A stretch of DNA of 62,039 bases, filler included, from Stramenopiles sp. TOSAG23-2 (Eukaryota), in assembly GCA_900128395.1 (NCBI GenBank). It is 23 parts of 23 records of this genome, joined end to end, with 100 filler letters (N's around TTAATTAATTAA, not from the genome) between each part and the next. Parts side by side here need not be neighbours in the genome. Positions count along the whole stretch, not along the records: positions 22,921 to 25,676 come from LT651540.1; positions 25,777 to 28,530 come from LT651541.1; positions 28,631 to 31,383 come from LT651542.1; positions 31,484 to 34,234 come from LT651543.1; positions 34,335 to 37,083 come from LT651544.1; 18 more parts are not named here. The stretch is one strand, 5' to 3'. Within the stretch, counting starts at the first letter, position 1, and each line of letters opens with the position of its first letter. This document shows positions 22,921-34,390 of this stretch, piece after piece. The position numbers were made by a program, and so were the translations under genes. The notes beneath the pieces were generated by a model that made no database searches, had not been told where the DNA came from, and worked only from the letters and a program-made list of their open reading frames with translations.

Positions 22921-24186
22921 CAAGACATTACAAATCAACATTCTATGGATTGGCTTTATAAACGTAGCAAAACTGGTAGTATACAAACAAGCATACTTGG
23001 AATTATGCATTTGATAGTATTAGGCCATGGGAAATCTGGCATTTTGCAAGAATTACTTTCCCATGTTAAACCAATAGCAAAATCACTGAAGGTAGCAGCA
23101 GCAGAATTGGCAGAATTAAATATTCAATTCTTACCAGCAATAAAGAACAGCAATACAGATGGAACATTTGCTATTTTTCAAGGGGATGAAATTTTGACCC
23201 TGTTTTACATTTGGGGCTTTACAATTGACAACCTTAAAATTAGACGTCTCTGCTTTTTGCTAACAGCAATTTATGAAGCAACAATGGCAAATAGGGATCT
23301 TAAAGTAAGGGAAAGGTTGACAAAATTGTATTTAAATGAATTTGAAGTAATGTTTGATCATAGTGCAAAAAAAGGAACCCCACTTGGTCAACAGGGTAAT
23401 CATAGCGCATTTAAGTACAATCTTCATAGGGACAAAAGGCAACACCAGATGAGTGCCCGTGAAAAGAAAATCTTAACAACACTTCGAGAACATGGTGCCC
23501 ATGTTCACTTGGGCCAGTCAAGCGCTCCGTACCGTTACGAAACAAAACTATATGCAATGTTTCGTCCAAACATGTTGAATCTTCTTGCAGCATGTAAAGA
23601 TATCAACTATGTAGAGGCAAATGATCGTGTATTTGAAGGATTCATCAGAAAGATTAAAAAATGGGCTTTACGTTCCAACAAATCATCACCTGATTATCCA
23701 TTGCATATTCAAAACAAATTTCACATGAAAAAAGCAATTGATGGATTTTTTGTTGAAGAAGATGAAAATAGAAAACATTACGCCACTGCGAAACAGTATG
23801 TTGATAACATCAAAAGTGGTGATGGAGGCCTGGCTGGAAAAAATTTTATTTCCGGATATTTTTGTATTGAGAATAAAACTTTTTATGCAAAATATGATAA
23901 ACAATTTCATCGCGTTGTACCTGTTAGTATAGGGGAAAAATTCATTTTTGATTTAAATGAATTTCCAGTTGTTAATAACATTTCAGATAATGTGATTGCT
24001 AAAGCAAATGAGAAAAGACCAGATGGATTTTGTCATTGTGTATGGATAAAAACACATGATAATCATTACGCTTGTGTGGGTAGACGTTTAGAGTTGTTAA
24101 AGAGCAATGATGCGAGTTTGAATAACTTTGAATTTGTAGCATTTTATGAAGGGTTAAGTATGTTTGGTGGTGATCATCTCGATTAA
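22921..24186 (+). CDS. CACTA/EnSpm (CMC)-like transposase, C-terminal part
   Basis: IMHLIVLGHGK (MH..LG..K), FQGDEILTLF, KLYLNEFEVMF, YNLH..QH and LREHG..YRYETK follow the order of CMC transposase motifs. A CACTA-type end lies downstream. Confidence 0.65.
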   Translation, partial: QDITNQHSMDWLYKRSKTGSIQTSILGIMHLIVLGHGKSGILQELLSHVKPIAKSLKVAAAELAELNIQFLPAIKNSNTDGTFAIFQGDEILTLFYIWGFTIDNLKIRRLCFLLTAIYEATMANRDLKVRERLTKLYLNEFEVMFDHSAKKGTPLGQQGNHSAFKYNLHRDKRQHQMSAREKKILTTLREHGAHVHLGQSSAPYRYETKLYAMFRPNMLNLLAACKDINYVEANDRVFEGFIRKIKKWALRSNKSSPDYPLHIQNKFHMKKAIDGFFVEEDENRKHYATAKQYVDNIKSGDGGLAGKNFISGYFCIENKTFYAKYDKQFHRVVPVSIGEKFIFDLNEFPVVNNISDNVIAKANEKRPDGFCHCVWIKTHDNHYACVGRRLELLKSNDASLNNFEFVAFYEGLSMFGGDHLD

Positions 24187-24487
24187 AATTACATAAAATA
24201 TATATATACATTTATTATAATTTCCAATGGCTATATTATGGCTATATTATGGCTATGAGTATGGCTATGATATTTCAAAAAGTTTTATGGGTAATGTATG
24301 GCTAACATATGGCTAAGATATGGCTAACACATGGCTAACATCTGTATGACATTTCCCGTTTTTCCAGTTTTAAAATATTTAAGGTAAAAAATCAAAATTG
24401 TTAGCCATAAGTTAGCCATAGCATAGCCATGTCATAGCCATACCATAGCCATACTATCAGTTAGCCACAGCGTTTTGCACTGTAGTG
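22921..24487 (+). mobile_element. Right portion of a CACTA DNA transposon
   Basis: Transposase-like ORF, then 8 direct ATGGCTA and 5-6 inverted TAGCCA(T/C) repeats (24227-24468), ending in GCACTGTAGTG (reverse complement CACTACAGTGC) at 24487. Confidence 0.8.
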
Positions 24488-24812
24488 CACTATGGGGGAA
24501 ATATTATAATTGTTAACACTATTCACTATGGGGGAAATATTATACATACATATATAAAATTTAATAGACACTTTATAGATATCATAGCCCCATTTATATT
24601 TCGATCTAAAATAGAACACTCAGATAATTATCCAGATAATACTCCCCTTTACATTTTGATACATATGCTTTAAGTCTTAAATTTATCATACAGTATATAT
24701 TAAGTCTAAAATTTAATAGACACTTTATAGATAGCCCCCTTCCGACTAGTATTTTAATTTAAAATATTTAATAAAAAATAATATCATACGAGTATATATA
24801 TATATGTTAATC

Positions 24813-25676
24813 TCATACGAATTTTACTTCAATCTCTATCTTTCCATTATTATTTCTGTTATTTGCATTACTATTGCTCTTTTGTGTTACTCCTGATCCA
24901 AAATGGGAAGAACCACCGCCACCGCCGTTACCGTGGCAACCAGTTCCACCACCTCCGCCTCCATAATATCCACCACCGCCACCACCGCCACCGCCATCAC
25001 CTGGGTTGTTTGCGCCATTTCCACCACGCCCGTAGCCCCATCCACCATCACCACCGCCGCTGCCACCAGCATTTCCACCATTCTTCTTTCCTCCTTTTGC
25101 ACCACTGGGTTTGCCACGATTACCCCCGCCACCGTTTCCGCCAGATGAAGCTGTCCCCCCCTTAGCACCTGAGGACCCTCCGCACGCATCTTTACCTCCT
25201 TTAGATCCTTTTGGGAAGCCAGCATTTCCACCTACTCCATTAGAAACAGCTGCACTACCACCACCTGCTCCAGCAACAACCATTTCTTTGCCACCTACCA
25301 ATATCGCAGATGAACCACCACCACCACCTCCTTTTCTACCACTAGATGTATGACCTTTGCATCCTACATACATAGTTACCTCGGTATTTGCTGGTACTGT
25401 AATTTTACCTTTCAACGTTTGTCCTGATCCACCATTTGGATTACCAGCATGGCCTCTATCTCCCCCATCAGCTCCACCCGCTCCTGTGACAGTGAATTTT
25501 ATAATTGTTTTATAATTCCACGATTTCGTCTTTGCTCTACTTTCGCAACCGTATGTATGAATTTCCGTTTTCTTCCTTCTCTCCTCATTCTTCTTATCCT
25601 CTTCTTTTTTTGCTTCTTCTACCGCTTTCTTTTCCGCTTCCTCTTTCGCCTTCTTTTTTGCTTCTTCTGCCGCACG
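24813..25676 (-). CDS. EK-rich coiled coil + ALK/LTK-type glycine-rich domain protein (5' partial)
   Basis: Manual extension to the contig end gives RAAEEAKKKAKEE..FTVTGAGGADGG..GGSGQTLKGKITV..MYVG..GGGGGSSAI..VVAGAGGG..GGGGGYYGGGGG..GGGGSSH..NGKIEI. Confidence 0.8.
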   Translation of the reverse strand, partial: RAAEEAKKKAKEEAEKKAVEEAKKEEDKKNEERRKKTEIHTYGCESRAKTKSWNYKTIIKFTVTGAGGADGGDRGHAGNPNGGSGQTLKGKITVPANTEVTMYVGCKGHTSSGRKGGGGGGSSAILVGGKEMVVAGAGGGSAAVSNGVGGNAGFPKGSKGGKDACGGSSGAKGGTASSGGNGGGGNRGKPSGAKGGKKNGGNAGGSGGGDGGWGYGRGGNGANNPGDGGGGGGGGGYYGGGGGGTGCHGNGGGGGSSHFGSGVTQKSNSNANNRNNNGKIEIEVKFV

Positions 25677-25777
25677 NNNNNNNNNNNNNNNNNNNNNNNN
25701 NNNNNNNNNNNNNNNNNNNNTTAATTAATTAANNNNNNNNNNNNNNNNNNNNNNNNNNNNNNNNNNNNNNNNNNNNT

Positions 25778-26032
25778 GCTGTTCGTGATGCAAAGAAAAA
25801 TAATAATAATAATAATAATAATAATGAAGAAGAGGTATTGAATGTCGATGACTTTCCTCTTGGATTTTCAACTGGTAGTGATTCATTAGATAAGGCAGCA
25901 ATCGTCTTAAAAATGTTATATATAGCTGAATTACGCGATATGCAACAAGCAGTGAATCAAGTATTAACAACAGCACAAGAATATACTGGTGATCCAAAAA
26001 CAGATTCCAGTTTAGGAAGAGTTGGAAGGTAA
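25778..26032 (+). CDS. RTRAF: RTRAF/CGI-99/C14orf166 homologue (tRNA-ligase complex subunit), C-terminus
   Basis: FPLGFSTG..LDKAAIVLKMLYIAELRDMQQAVN..AQEYTGDPKTDSSLGRVGR* matches the family C-terminus DPKTD..LGKVGR. Confidence 0.88.
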   Translation, partial: AVRDAKKNNNNNNNNNEEEVLNVDDFPLGFSTGSDSLDKAAIVLKMLYIAELRDMQQAVNQVLTTAQEYTGDPKTDSSLGRVGR

Positions 26033-26479
26033 ATTAATTATTTTATCATCAGGTTGTTTAAAGTGATTTATTATTTTAAATGAGATAAATCATTTTAAAA
26101 TTGTGTTGAAAATGGTCTGAATTACGTTCGTCCGTGCGCGTGATATGCAAACAAAGAGCACAGCGAATTAAGAATCTACAACGACAACCGAGATGGTACC
26201 AAAATAATAATACATGCGAACCGATGATATATTCTAATTTAAGAGGAAGCGTTGCCAGGAGGGCTTAGGGCGTGTAAATTTTAATTTTATAAAATATTTT
26301 TAATTTTTTTTCTTGACAAAAAAGCAAAAACTTTACGAAGTATTTTTTAAATTTAAAATTGAAAACATTTTTTTAATCTTTGACACTCTCTCTTTATATA
26401 AAAAACAGCTCTTAAATCACCTTGCATAATGTTCATCGACTTGATATAAATTGTACACCCTTTGATTGGTAACTCGATT

Positions 26480-27323
26480 TCATTCATCATCTCCATCTTC
26501 TTTGGTCTCTTCAATATCATCATCATCTTTCTCCTCAACAATCACATCCTTATCAATCTCCTCTTTTTCCATCTCATCATCAACGATTTCTTTTTCTTTT
26601 TGTTCTGTATTATCATCTGTTTCTTCATTCATTTCATCTTTTACCTCATCCTGTTCGTCGACATCTTGCACTTCTTCCTCTTCATTATCATCCTCATCAC
26701 TATCGATTACAACTTCTGGAATTGGTGGTGGTGGTTCTTGTTTTTCCATATGATAATATAAATCCACATGTCCACCAATTCGTGCACAATCTAATGGTGT
26801 ATTTACTGGATCCATTGTATTTTTCTCCCAACAACTCCATCCAAATGCAAGTAATATATCACATATTTTCGTATGCCCTTCAAATGCCGCTGCATGTAAT
26901 GCAGTACGTCCATCATCTTTTTCTATTCTCTGCCAATTTGGTTTATACAATGCTAATGGTTCAATACAATCTACAGGAAAATACAATGCCGTATCCCAAC
27001 TAACAGTACCTTTTTCCAATGCTCCAATCCAAAACATGTCATTATCAAATTTTGTTTTCTTTGGTTTCTTATTTGTATCTAAATATCCATGTACAATCTG
27101 TCCTTTTTTCAAAGGCACGCAACTTCCACATTTCATCAAATATTGCTTTTGCTGGACCCCATGCAACGGACATGATTGCATCTTTTGTTAAGATAAATGC
27201 AAGAATAGTAGCATTCGTTGCTGTAACAACACCATCTTTCGTTGCTATTGCACCTTGCACCGTTACATCTTTCAATGCCTTTCCCGTTTGTTTTAAACGA
27301 TCTAATGAAAATACTTGTCCCAT
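26480..27323 (-). CDS. Ankyrin-repeat protein with acidic tail; probable frameshift at 27104-27109
   Basis: DGRTALHAAAFEGHTKICDILL and NTPLDCARIGGH. The upstream ORF MGQVFS..RAFEK joins in frame if one A is removed from an A6 run. Confidence 0.75.
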
Positions 27324-28908
27324 AATGTGTATGTATATATAGATGTATACCAAAGATGTGTCTTGATTTTATCAAATGATTCGATGCTATATATGAGATT
27401 TTAAAAATATATGTCGTATTGTGGGATATATATGCAATATTAATATATATGTGAACAATATAATGAAATACAAAAAAATTATTGTATACAAATGCTTGAT
27501 TATCTACGAAGCGTACGATGAATAGATATTAACAATTCTTAATATATATATACAAACATATGATAAAATAGATTATTTAATTATTTATTCATTCATTCAT
27601 TTAAAAACTATCTCTCTACATTCCTTTCCATCCATCTACCTACATCTATAGATCTATCTTTTTATAATTATATGTTGTTTATAAAAATAATAATAATAAA
27701 ATGATAAATTGATGGAATAAATAATCATCAAAACATGTTTTTTATAGAGGCCGAAATGTACTACCCGGGAACAAAAACAGTTTCCACACAGCCTCTGCAC
27801 CTCTGCCTTTTCACAACAGCCTTTTCACATCAATGCGTATTATAGTATGATGGTTAAAATCTATAAGTTATATAATAATTTTACTTCCCGTGCTAAGTAA
27901 TATGCTCAATACCCAAGAATGCGTATTATGAAAATTAAAAAATAAATAATATTTTATATATGATAACATGTGATGTTTTAAATCTAAAGTTAAAATAATT
28001 TTATGTCTTCTCTGAAGAATATGCACATATGATGCTAAATTTACTCAAGATCTAAGACATATGATTTAAATCCAACTAGATATTGGTCATAAAAGCTACT
28101 CATGCGCCGCCACAAGCATTTATTTTTAAAAAATAAAATATGTGTCAATATTTTTTATTGGAGACTTAGTGGACACACTTAAATATTTTGTGAGATTAAA
28201 GATATTAATTTATTAAATTAATTGGCTCACAATACTCTGAGTGTAATAAATTCTTTTGAAAGTGTAGAGTGTAGTAAATTGTCAATGTGCCATGGGTGTA
28301 GTAGAAATTAAAAAAAGATTTAAAAATATACGAGCGTAATATTTAAGCGGTACCTATTAAACGTGATGTAAACCCCATGTCTATAGTGTTCAATTTACTC
28401 TTTTTATAAGCGACAATTTTTCTTACAGACAATGTTCCATAATATGTACCCGGTGTGAATCTTTTATTACACATACTAATTCTTCTCCACGTTTCTTACC
28501 AAATGTATTTATAGATTGGTATTTTGACCTNNNNNNNNNNNNNNNNNNNNNNNNNNNNNNNNNNNNNNNNNNNNTTAATTAATTAANNNNNNNNNNNNNN
28601 NNNNNNNNNNNNNNNNNNNNNNNNNNNNNNAAAAAGACTGGGATGACGCATTTGGTATTGTGCAGCAAAAAAATGTTCAGTAAAAGTATTTATTAAGAAC
28701 TTCGTGTATCATATTAATATATCATATATATATACGTCGTATATCATAAAAATACAAACACTTTTTCTAAATAAAATAATTTTTACGAGCGTAAATATTT
28801 GAATATTTTAATCAAAACACTCAATCATATATGATATGCCATTATCTACGAACTCGTATCATATATCATATGATATCATATATCATATGCATACTCTCTG
28901 AGACTTTT

Positions 28909-30696
28909 TTAATCCAACAAATCAAATATTAAATCATTTTCTAACACAATGCCATCATCTTGTTTGTCTTTATTACTACCACTAGCAGGTGCAAGCGTAA
29001 CTCCTTGTACAATATCTCGTTTCGCAACTTTATCCATTTCATTTTGAACAATAATTGGTTTTGGCTTCCCATCTTCTTCGTCGTATCCTACACGAACTAT
29101 ATTTGGATCGTTCTTATTTTCCTCTCGTTGTTTCTCTGCTTGCTTTAATTTCTCCTTTTTCCCATCTTCTTTTTGTTTAATATAATGTTGTGAAATTAAG
29201 TCATCTTTAATAAATCGATCTTCCGGCAATACATCATTTTCATAATCAATTGGGTTGTCCGGTAATAAATGAAATTTATCTTCTGGATATTCTTCATCAT
29301 CTTCCTCCATTTTTTTCTTTGCACCAGGCGCATTGCCGTAACTATCTTCCAATGCTTTTATCAATAACCATGGTTGAGATCCAGCATCTGGTCCTGGACG
29401 ATCCTCCGCTGTGGCTGTTGGTGGTAATACTGGATCAAAGTCCATGCATTCCATATCAACAGTTAAGTACACTCTCAATACACGCTTGGTTTGATCAAAA
29501 TGGCATTTACACTCTTGAAATACTGGATATGGTAAAATAACTTCAAGATTATGATATCCTTGAGCACGCATTGATACCATCCATGACGACACTCCAACTT
29601 GAACACGAGATTTACGCTTTTTTTTAACATTATTATTTTTATTATTATTTACATCGTCTTCGTCATTATTACTAAATATAGTTGATAGCTTTGGTAAATC
29701 GATTGTCAGCATCATTTGCGCAGGTACTTGATCTTCCATCCCTGGATCTAATATACATGGATTTGGAACAGTACCTTTACCAGGTTTTGCTATTGGTGAC
29801 CATTCTGACGTGGCAGTATCATCATCGTCATCTCCACCACCTAGGGATTGTCTGGAAAACATTTCATACACTGCATGTTTTATAGGCCCTAATGCTTCTC
29901 GTTTCTTTCTTGCCGCTTCTTTTTGCTTTTTAATACGTTGTTTCGCCGCATCAGCTGCTGCTTGTTTTGGATCTACCACTTCAATAGTTGGTTTCATTTC
30001 TTTGCGTATACGTTGCGACGTCGGCTTTCCTTTATACTTCATTTTTGGTAATTTATAACGACGATCAAGTTCCGTTTTATACTTGTTTTCAATTCGTTGA
30101 ATCGCGATTTCGCATAGAAAATGTCTGAATCCACCTGTTTTATCTTCCTTACTATCTTTTACTACTTCTGGATTAACTATCATATCAAATACCAAACATG
30201 ATTTACCACTCTTATCTTTGTCCGGTTTTGGTGGCCCAACACTCATCGGTATATTCACCCCTTCTTGCTCCGTACCATCTTCCATCAATTGCGTTTTTCG
30301 AGACAAATTCGCTAAATGTTTTGAAACACAGATATTTATAAAAACTTTATTACCTGACTTAACGTTTTTCGTTTTCAAAACAAATCCAGGATCAGGTGTT
30401 ATATCAATACCTTGTGCTTGTATAGAGCTAGACACTTCACCATCTTTCATTTTCTTACCTCCAGGCAAAGAAATACCTTCCGCTTTTAATTTATTTTCTA
30501 ACGCACCAGGTGCTTTTGCCATCAAATCATCCATAACTTTTTTATATTGCTTTGGATCTGAATCTTTTAAACCTTCTAGATATTCAGCATACGCTTGCAA
30601 CATTAGTTCATTTGCCTCTGCAGCTTGTTCCTCCGTTAGCTCTGGTTGACCATCATTTGTCTTGTTTTTAATTTTGACTTCTTCAATGCCTGCCAT
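28909..30696 (-). CDS. PIH1-domain protein, kintoun/DNAAF2-like dynein assembly cofactor
   Basis: ITPDPGFVLKT..KVFINIC..NIPMSVG..DKSGKSCLVFD..YKLPKMKYKG (PIH1), a CS-like region, and C-terminal LENDLIFDLLD like the kintoun tail. Confidence 0.85.
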   Translation of the reverse strand: MAGIEEVKIKNKTNDGQPELTEEQAAEANELMLQAYAEYLEGLKDSDPKQYKKVMDDLMAKAPGALENKLKAEGISLPGGKKMKDGEVSSSIQAQGIDITPDPGFVLKTKNVKSGNKVFINICVSKHLANLSRKTQLMEDGTEQEGVNIPMSVGPPKPDKDKSGKSCLVFDMIVNPEVVKDSKEDKTGGFRHFLCEIAIQRIENKYKTELDRRYKLPKMKYKGKPTSQRIRKEMKPTIEVVDPKQAAADAAKQRIKKQKEAARKKREALGPIKHAVYEMFSRQSLGGGDDDDDTATSEWSPIAKPGKGTVPNPCILDPGMEDQVPAQMMLTIDLPKLSTIFSNNDEDDVNNNKNNNVKKKRKSRVQVGVSSWMVSMRAQGYHNLEVILPYPVFQECKCHFDQTKRVLRVYLTVDMECMDFDPVLPPTATAEDRPGPDAGSQPWLLIKALEDSYGNAPGAKKKMEEDDEEYPEDKFHLLPDNPIDYENDVLPEDRFIKDDLISQHYIKQKEDGKKEKLKQAEKQREENKNDPNIVRVGYDEEDGKPKPIIVQNEMDKVAKRDIVQGVTLAPASGSNKDKQDDGIVLENDLIFDLLD

Positions 30697-31485
30697 TATT
30701 TTTATTTTTATTTTTATTATTATTATATGATTATTAATAATATTATTTCTTAATTAATTTAATGTTATCTACTAATAAATTGTAAATACGTTTTTATGAT
30801 TTCCAGTAATATTACTATATTTATATTTTTATTTTTGAATTGAAATTCGATTTTAGTTGGCTTGTGCGCTTCTGTGTTGTTGCTTGCCTGGCTTGCCTGC
30901 TGGCCTGGCTTGTTTCTTCTTGTGGTGGTGTTAATTATTATTTTGAATAGCTATTATTATATTGTATTACCTTGAATAAATCAATATTATTAATATGACA
31001 ATAGCATTAATGAACACAGCATTCCACCACCTGGACAGCCATGCCAGCTGGACAGCACCACAGCCTTTTTCTATAGAATAATAAAATACCAGATTATAAT
31101 TATAATATTTGCAACAAAGAAGTGTAGTATTTTTTTTAGTATTAATATAAGCTTATAATATTAGTCGAGCTTGCTGGCTTGCCTGGCTTGCCAGCTTGCT
31201 TGACGCTTCGCGAGCGAGTATAATACCAAATATAGTAACAAGAAGCGTTATTTTTTATTTATTATTTATATTATTCATCATAATTATAATAATACAGTTG
31301 AAAATTAATATATATTAATATGAATACATATTAGGTAGATATCATATTTAAATTGGATCTTTGTCCAATTGAAACAAATATATNNNNNNNNNNNNNNNNN
31401 NNNNNNNNNNNNNNNNNNNNNNNNNNNTTAATTAATTAANNNNNNNNNNNNNNNNNNNNNNNNNNNNNNNNNNNNNNNNNNNNCA

Positions 31486-31971
31486 TATGGTATTGGACCA
31501 GAACAAACTATGGATGGTACTGAAGTAACAAGTTTTGACGCAATTAAAGTTCCATTGTTCAAATGTATCTGTACTGCGGATAATATGCCAAAGCCAAAGT
31601 TTCAAACTATTGACCGTGAAAAGGTTATGCGTCAACAAGAGGAAGGTGAAAAGAAAGAAAGAGTGGAAGAGGAAAAAGCTAAAAAAGCACGAGTAGAAAA
31701 CCTAAAATTAGTAGAGGAACAAACAAAGTTACAAGAGAAAAATGAGCGCGACGCAGAAATCAAAGAAATAGAAAATAAAAAAGCAAAGGCTGGGGATACA
31801 GTAGAATATACGCAAATTGATAAGGACAGTAAAGTGAAAGCAGATGCAAAAAATAGTGAAAAAACAGAGGAAGGTGCCTCCATGAGTGATCTTGAAAAAA
31901 AAAGTGAAGATGCTAAGGATACTGACACGAAAGAAAATAATGCATTACAAAGTGATACAAAAGTCCAATAA
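31486..31971 (+). CDS. Hypothetical charged coiled-coil C-terminus (5' partial)
   Basis: Frame is open from the contig start and is E/K-rich. Confidence 0.65.
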   Translation, partial: YGIGPEQTMDGTEVTSFDAIKVPLFKCICTADNMPKPKFQTIDREKVMRQQEEGEKKERVEEEKAKKARVENLKLVEEQTKLQEKNERDAEIKEIENKKAKAGDTVEYTQIDKDSKVKADAKNSEKTEEGASMSDLEKKSEDAKDTDTKENNALQSDTKVQ

Positions 31972-32224
31972 AAAAATAATATAACAAAAAAAGTATATTT
32001 TATATATAAAAGTAACAAGTATACTCCTTTTTTAATATGAACGTATGTTATATATATAATATACTTCGTACAAAATACACACACACATGATATATTATTT
32101 TGGAGGAGGTACATCAAAATCTATTTTTATAAAGCTAATCACAAATTGTACCACCGAAGATGGTGTTCTGGTGTTCTTCCCCTTCATTTATTATATTTAC
32201 ATTTTACTAAAGCATGAAGTTACG

Positions 32225-32554
32225 CTGTCAATAGCACTGTTATAAAAATATAACGGCACAGCATTATCTATACATTTCATCTTCTTCTCTTCTGGACAAC
32301 AAAAAATCAACAACGTGCCAACCAACATACAACAAACTTCATCATAATCAAGAAAAACACATTGCTGGATTGGACATAGAAAAAAGATACTGTCAATAGC
32401 ACTGTTATAAAAATATAACGGCACAGCATTATCTATACATTTCATCTTCTTCTCTTCTGGACAACAAAAAATCAACAACGTGCCAACCAACATACAACAA
32501 ACTTCATCATAATCAAGAAAAACACATTGCTGGATTGGACATAGAAAAAAGATA
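32225..32554. repeat. Exact tandem duplication, 2 x 165 bp
   Basis: 32225-32389 = 32390-32554. Confidence 0.95.
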
Positions 32555-32589
32555 CTATATATAAACTAAAAAACAAAAGAACAGTAAAT

Positions 32590-32853
32590 AAACTTAAATA
32601 GATATCATGACGGAGCAAGCAATAACATTCATAACAGATGATAATGTTGAACTAGAGGGACGTGTAGCATATAATGATAAATCTAAAAAATCTGCTATTA
32701 TCCTTCATCCCGCCCCTGGTCAAACTTAAATAGATATCATGACGGAGCAAGCAATAACATTCATAACAGATGATAATGTTGAACTAGAGGGACGTGTAGC
32801 ATATAATGATAAATCTAAAAAATCTGCTATTATCCTTCATCCCGCCCCTGGTC
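32590..32853. repeat. Exact tandem duplication, 2 x 132 bp, covering the hydrolase start
   Basis: 32590-32721 = 32722-32853. The first copy gives ATG 32607..PGQT-stop. Confidence 0.95.
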
Positions 32854-33416
32854 CAATGGGAGGTAATATGGATAATTTTGTAGTGGATGCTTTCCAACAA
32901 ATTATGTGTAATATACTTGGATACACGACTTTGCGATTTAATATGCGAGGGACGGGGAGGTCCCGAGGTGTATCTAGTACTACATTAGACCGTAAATTAT
33001 GGGGAAGTACAGAAGGCCCAGATGTTGGTGGTGCTGTTAACTATTTAAAAAGTAATTACCCAGAAATAAAAGATTATGTTTTATGTGCATATTCAACGGG
33101 AATTGGTTGTAGATTTTTAAATGAACATAATGAGATATTTTCAAAAGCTATTTTAGTTGCACCAATACCATCGCCATTATTATCAAGTTTGGAAATACCA
33201 TTATTATTAGTAGCAGCTGAAAACGATCAACTCATTCCTCTCGATGTCTTAAAAAAAGTAAATATGAGTAAAAGTTCCTCGAAATTAATTATTGCAGAAA
33301 ATTCTGATCATTTTAATATAAATCCATTAATAATTCGAGATAGTGTTGTAAAATGGCTGGCTGGGCTGGCTGATGATAATAATAATAAAAAGAATACGTC
33401 CGGTAGTAATTTGTAA
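32739..33416 (+). CDS. Small alpha/beta hydrolase
   Basis: ILHPAPGPMGGNMDNFVV, LRFNMRGTGRSRG, CAYSTG (nucleophile elbow), AENDQL and SDHF give a complete Ser-Asp-His set. Confidence 0.88.
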   Translation: MTEQAITFITDDNVELEGRVAYNDKSKKSAIILHPAPGPMGGNMDNFVVDAFQQIMCNILGYTTLRFNMRGTGRSRGVSSTTLDRKLWGSTEGPDVGGAVNYLKSNYPEIKDYVLCAYSTGIGCRFLNEHNEIFSKAILVAPIPSPLLSSLEIPLLLVAAENDQLIPLDVLKKVNMSKSSSKLIIAENSDHFNINPLIIRDSVVKWLAGLADDNNNKKNTSGSNL

Positions 33417-33551
33417 AAAAAACACGAGGGATGGAGATCCATTAATAATTCGAGATAGTGTTGTAAAATGGCTGGCTGGGCTGGCTGATGATAATAATAA
33501 TAAAAAGAATACGTCCGGTAGTAATTTGTAAAAAAAACACGAGGGATGGAG
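33322..33551. repeat. Exact tandem duplication, 2 x 115 bp, covering the hydrolase stop
   Basis: 33322-33436 = 33437-33551. Confidence 0.95.
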
Positions 33552-34334
33552 ACGTACTTCTCGTACAAAAATTTAATACAGAGAGAAGTAATGTATATTA
33601 TCAAATATTATTTTTAATTTTAAAATATGTTGTTCAGGGTGTACATATATTAACAAGGACCAAGATATACTCTACCAAGGTACCGATATATCATAAATCG
33701 TTGACAAATCCACATTCAATCGTTTGACGTTTTTCATTACGTTAATCACAGCTGTTTTACCTCCTGTTCATTATAGCTACATTTTAGAAATAATGGCACG
33801 TTTCGCGGACTATTATTGATATACTCTACAATAGTACAACGTAATCATCTGACTTCTCGATTTTAGCGAGATAGATATTAATATTGGCTCAAGCACTGTA
33901 TTCTTTGGAGAGTAGGAATTGTTATGAGTAGGAATAAAAAATTAAAATACGCGTACGTACATTTTAATATTATAACATACGAGTAAATATATATATTATA
34001 TCGGGGAGTACATTTAAAAAAAAAAATATAAATTACGCTTCTCGTATGTTTTTTTCTACGAACATTCGTACTCATGATGATTCGTATCATATCATATATG
34101 ATACTCTCAAAAAAATAAATTAAGCCAATATCACATGATATGATAAACCATCTATGATATAATGTGAATATTATGTATTATATATGTGTTTTTCTCTTAC
34201 TCATATGTTATATAAAATTCTTTTACTCCCGTTTNNNNNNNNNNNNNNNNNNNNNNNNNNNNNNNNNNNNNNNNNNNNTTAATTAATTAANNNNNNNNNN
34301 NNNNNNNNNNNNNNNNNNNNNNNNNNNNNNNNNN

Positions 34335-34335
<1 letters not shown>

Positions 34336-34390
<55 letters not shown>

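Noticed and set aside
24813-25415. High-GC segment as horizontal transfer or transposon cargo
   Set aside because: GC is explained by Gly codons, and it lies outside the TAGTG end of the element.
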